DNA from: Veleropilina oligotropha
Lineage: Eukaryota
Direction: 5' to 3'
DNA: 20,000 nt
Assembly: GCA_048128005.1 (NCBI GenBank)
Contig: JBEUKZ010000032.1
Coordinates: 495,149 to 515,148, forward strand
Shown here: positions 16,726 to 20,000 of the stretch, in pieces
Layout of the letters: every line of letters begins with the position of its first letter
How positions within the stretch are numbered: the first letter of the stretch is position 1
Program-made: the position numbers and the translations under genes
The notes under the pieces: model-generated
What the model was told of the DNA's origin: nothing
The model's database searches: none
Seen by the model: only the letters and a program-made list of their open reading frames with translations

Positions 16726-17599
16726 ACGTGCGCATGTCCCAACTGATCGGAATAACACCAAATTCAATATGCATCTAGTTTATCCCCATTCTCAACCCCA
16801 CCCCACCCCCCCACACACACACACAATCCTAATACAACCATAATTGTTAGGCCTCTTGTGCTCATCCATTCCGATTTTTATTCTACTAGGATTGTACCTT
16901 TTCACTGTAGAACATACACAAGAAATCTTAATGAAATATAATGGGCAGACAGACAGACAGATGGACGACGTTTCAGCAGGCATGTCCCTACACGAGCCAT
17001 CGTTGCCAAAACAACATGTACATTATGACAGTGTTGATACAAAACATTTCTCACCCAAGATTTAAATCATGCATACCGTTGGTGTGGCAGTGTGATAGAG
17101 TTAATGTGCCACATACACATCATTGTGTTTTAACAGGTGTTTAGCTGAATTTGTTTAGCTGAGGCAGGATTACTTTCCTCAAGACTGGTGTCAGCGATTT
17201 TCTTCTTTTTCTTGTCCGCCATTTTGTCTATTATGTAACAGTTTACCAACAACACATAACTTTTGTCTCGTTAAAACAATATCAGATTATTCCAGCAGAC
17301 CGATTGCGTTGGTTTTTTGTATCACATAGCAAATACTATTATATAATGATACTTAGCGACGTAGGTTTCACATATCAAGTAGAAATACTCTGATTCTAGC
17401 ACAGTTGAATAGCTATCCTCTGCTTATTACCGCTTCGTGAATACCAATATCTTCATCATCTTAACCTCAGCATAACTACCCTTAGATTATTCCCTATTCT
17501 AGGTTAAATTTAACCCGTCTTCATGTATAGGGGCCCTGAGCGTATTGCAAGCGTCTTGTACGCACCCAAACTTTCACTCATTTGTCTTCCCACCATTGA

Positions 17600-18660
17600 A
17601 AACGCAATATTCTGGTACTGACTTTAGCGGGGTTATGAGGCCTGTGCTACCTTCTCAAAACGAGACTGCGACCGTAATGGGAGGCTGACGGTGAGAGATT
17701 TTGTCTCTTCGTCCTCCATGTTGGGGGTTGAACGTGGGGTTAACAAGCACACCCGAAAAACAAAAACACGTTACAGAAACTGCAACAATACGAAATATTA
17801 CACCATCGATGGAGACTCTAGCCAATCTATCGACATTATGAACGCTTCTGGTGAAAGCCCTCGGGAAAGTAGAGGCGCGAGTGGGAGGCTTCTCGGGCCC
17901 AAATCCAGGATTCGGTTGGAAACATGGAATGTCTTAACCATGTACGAAACATCAGAGACGGCCCAGGTTATCAATGAAAAGATAATGATATCGACATTAT
18001 CGGTATAAGTGAATGTCTCTGGACAGGCTCTGGACGCAAGGTACTATAGGCGATGGATCTAATTTACTTTACTCAGGAAAAGAGGATACGCATACAAGTG
18101 GTGTAACCATAATAGTTATTCAAAGACAAGAGGGGGTTTCTGATAGAGTGGGTACCCATCAATGACATGATTTATCAGAGCACGATTCGACTCGAAATAC
18201 TGGTGGTTGACCGTTGTGCCGTGCTATACCCCAACCAACAAGGAGTTAATGACGACTACAACCGTATCGTAAGTCCTTCATCATGATATGTTATTTGTCA
18301 TGAGAGCTCTTAAAGCAACAGTCTGATCTGTCTATACTGGTTTCGAACGGTCAGTTGGGGTGCATGGCTGTGGAATTCTGCTTAAATTACGTCATCGACG
18401 GCGTCATCTTCCCCCACAAACAGGTACATCTCCAGATGAGCGGACAGTCAACCAAATCGACCATGTTCTCGATAACAGCAAATGGCGGCGGAGATCTCTA
18501 TATGATGTGCGTGTGGCGCTGACGTGAACAGAGATCACTATACCTAGTAGCTGCATTTGTTGAAACACCGTAAGACATAGACGTAGAGTCAACGACCCCT
18601 TGACACCAACAAGATAAGATCCCCAGAAGTGAAAATCAGTTCATCCTGGAAATTGGGACT
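17600..18660 (+). mobile_element. Decayed RTE-like non-LTR retrotransposon, 5' region and APE endonuclease domain
   Basis: Frame-broken motifs IRLETWNVLTM, DIIGISECLWTGSG, LLYSG, EWVPIND, RARFDSKY, CYTPT, NQIDHVL, ADVNRDH; many stops and frameshifts; boundaries approximate. Confidence 0.85.
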
Positions 18661-19527
18661 GCTTCGGAGCATCTACAAACACATCGGAAGATAGAGAAAA
18701 CTATGTTTGTATGAAAATGGAACAATATCAATACCCCCTACAACGAGGACTTTATTCAATGGGGTCACTTTGCAAAGTGTCGTTGAAAAGCAACCCAGTT
18801 TAATGATTCAACAGTTGAAGGACATTGGAAAGGAACCAGGGTCAGTATCCAACACGGGTAGATATTCAACGTTACACCGGTCGTCGTATCATGTTTTAAG
18901 TTGTCTTATCTCTCAGTGTGCCTGGGCTGAAGCAACAACCCTTGCGACAAGCACACCTTTGTCTCTGAAGAAGAACTGGATTCTGCTCATGTCGTCACGT
19001 ACACTGATCAATTGATTGAGATCTGCAGTTATGATCTTACGGAAGGCGATCAAGTCTATTCTCACATATATTCATCGCAGGATCCGCTTGGCATGGTGTT
19101 TGGTGAGCCGTGACTGGAACCTTAGGACACGAGAGATATTCACTGGTCGGAACGATAAAATTGACCTTACGTGCTTTGACATAACAAAGAAATTACACGA
19201 TAAGGCTTGAGGGTTTTGCGATGAATGGAACAAATTTACACGTTTCATGATTCTGCGACATTGTCCAGTATCAAAAACTAATCGAACCAACCAGCAACGT
19301 CTGAAATATATTTCATACACAATTAAATTGACCTTTGTTTAAATTAAGGTTCTTGCTAACTCTAGATGCGAATGAGGTTTATTGGTTACATTGATCTTTG
19401 GGATTATCTCCCTAGTTAGTAGTATTATCTATGAGGGTCATTACTTCCTGGATGAATGTCACCAAAGCCGAATCTCTACGCTACTATATTTAACGTCAAC
19501 CGGTAAAATAGGAAGACTTGAATATGC

Positions 19528-19661
<134 letters not shown>

Positions 19662-20000
19662 GCCGCCGGTGTGACGTATAATTTGGTCCCCGTAGAAAAG
19701 TCTACCTTGGGACATAATTCTACGTAGAAAAATGTGCCAAACGCCGTTGTATTATTTCCTACGTTGGTACCATTTTCAACGATGGTTAGGTAGAAAACGG
19801 TCCCCGCAGAAAAATGTATCATCTCAATAGACATCTACTTAAAAATAATTTTTCTGTATTGTGTAAATTGGTATTGTAATTCGTACACCAGATGGAATTA
19901 TAATGATATCAGCAAAAATACTTGGAAAATAATGTGCAATGTGAACTCTATAAGTAATTTAGAAATCAACCAAATCAAAATGGAACTAAGGGCCTTAACG

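Noticed and set aside
18707..19320. Short ORFs downstream of the LINE fragment
   Set aside because: No convincing RT motifs or coding signal; at most heavily decayed repeat sequence.

Overview
Most of the window is a complete, ~15.2 kb Polinton/Maverick-like endogenous DNA virus (864..16058). It is visibly more GC-rich than its flanks and sits inside an AT-rich, AGGTCA-rich satellite of an animal genome (a marine invertebrate such as a mollusc or annelid is a guess). The element has 108-bp perfect TIRs with AGCAGC...GCTGCT ends, a diverged inner TIR extension and a 5-bp TSD (TCATT). It encodes a retroviral-type DDE integrase, an A32/FtsK packaging ATPase, a probable double-jelly-roll major capsid protein and a penton-like minor capsid protein. 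In place of a canonical pPolB it has one large protein fusing an OTU-like protease, a degenerate PolB, an SF1B (Pif1/RecD-like) helicase and a His-Me/EndoVII-like finger. No adenain-type maturation protease is recognisable. Accessory content is unusual: many membrane proteins, a hydrophobic-hairpin protein with ESCRT late-domain motifs (PSAP, LYPxL, and a PPPY reachable only by frameshift), a secreted 8-Cys cystine-knot-like protein, and a ~600-bp hairpin-dense non-coding region. The right flank has a decayed RTE-like LINE endonuclease fragment and a (TA)65 microsatellite. All family calls come from motif recognition by eye; no searches were run.
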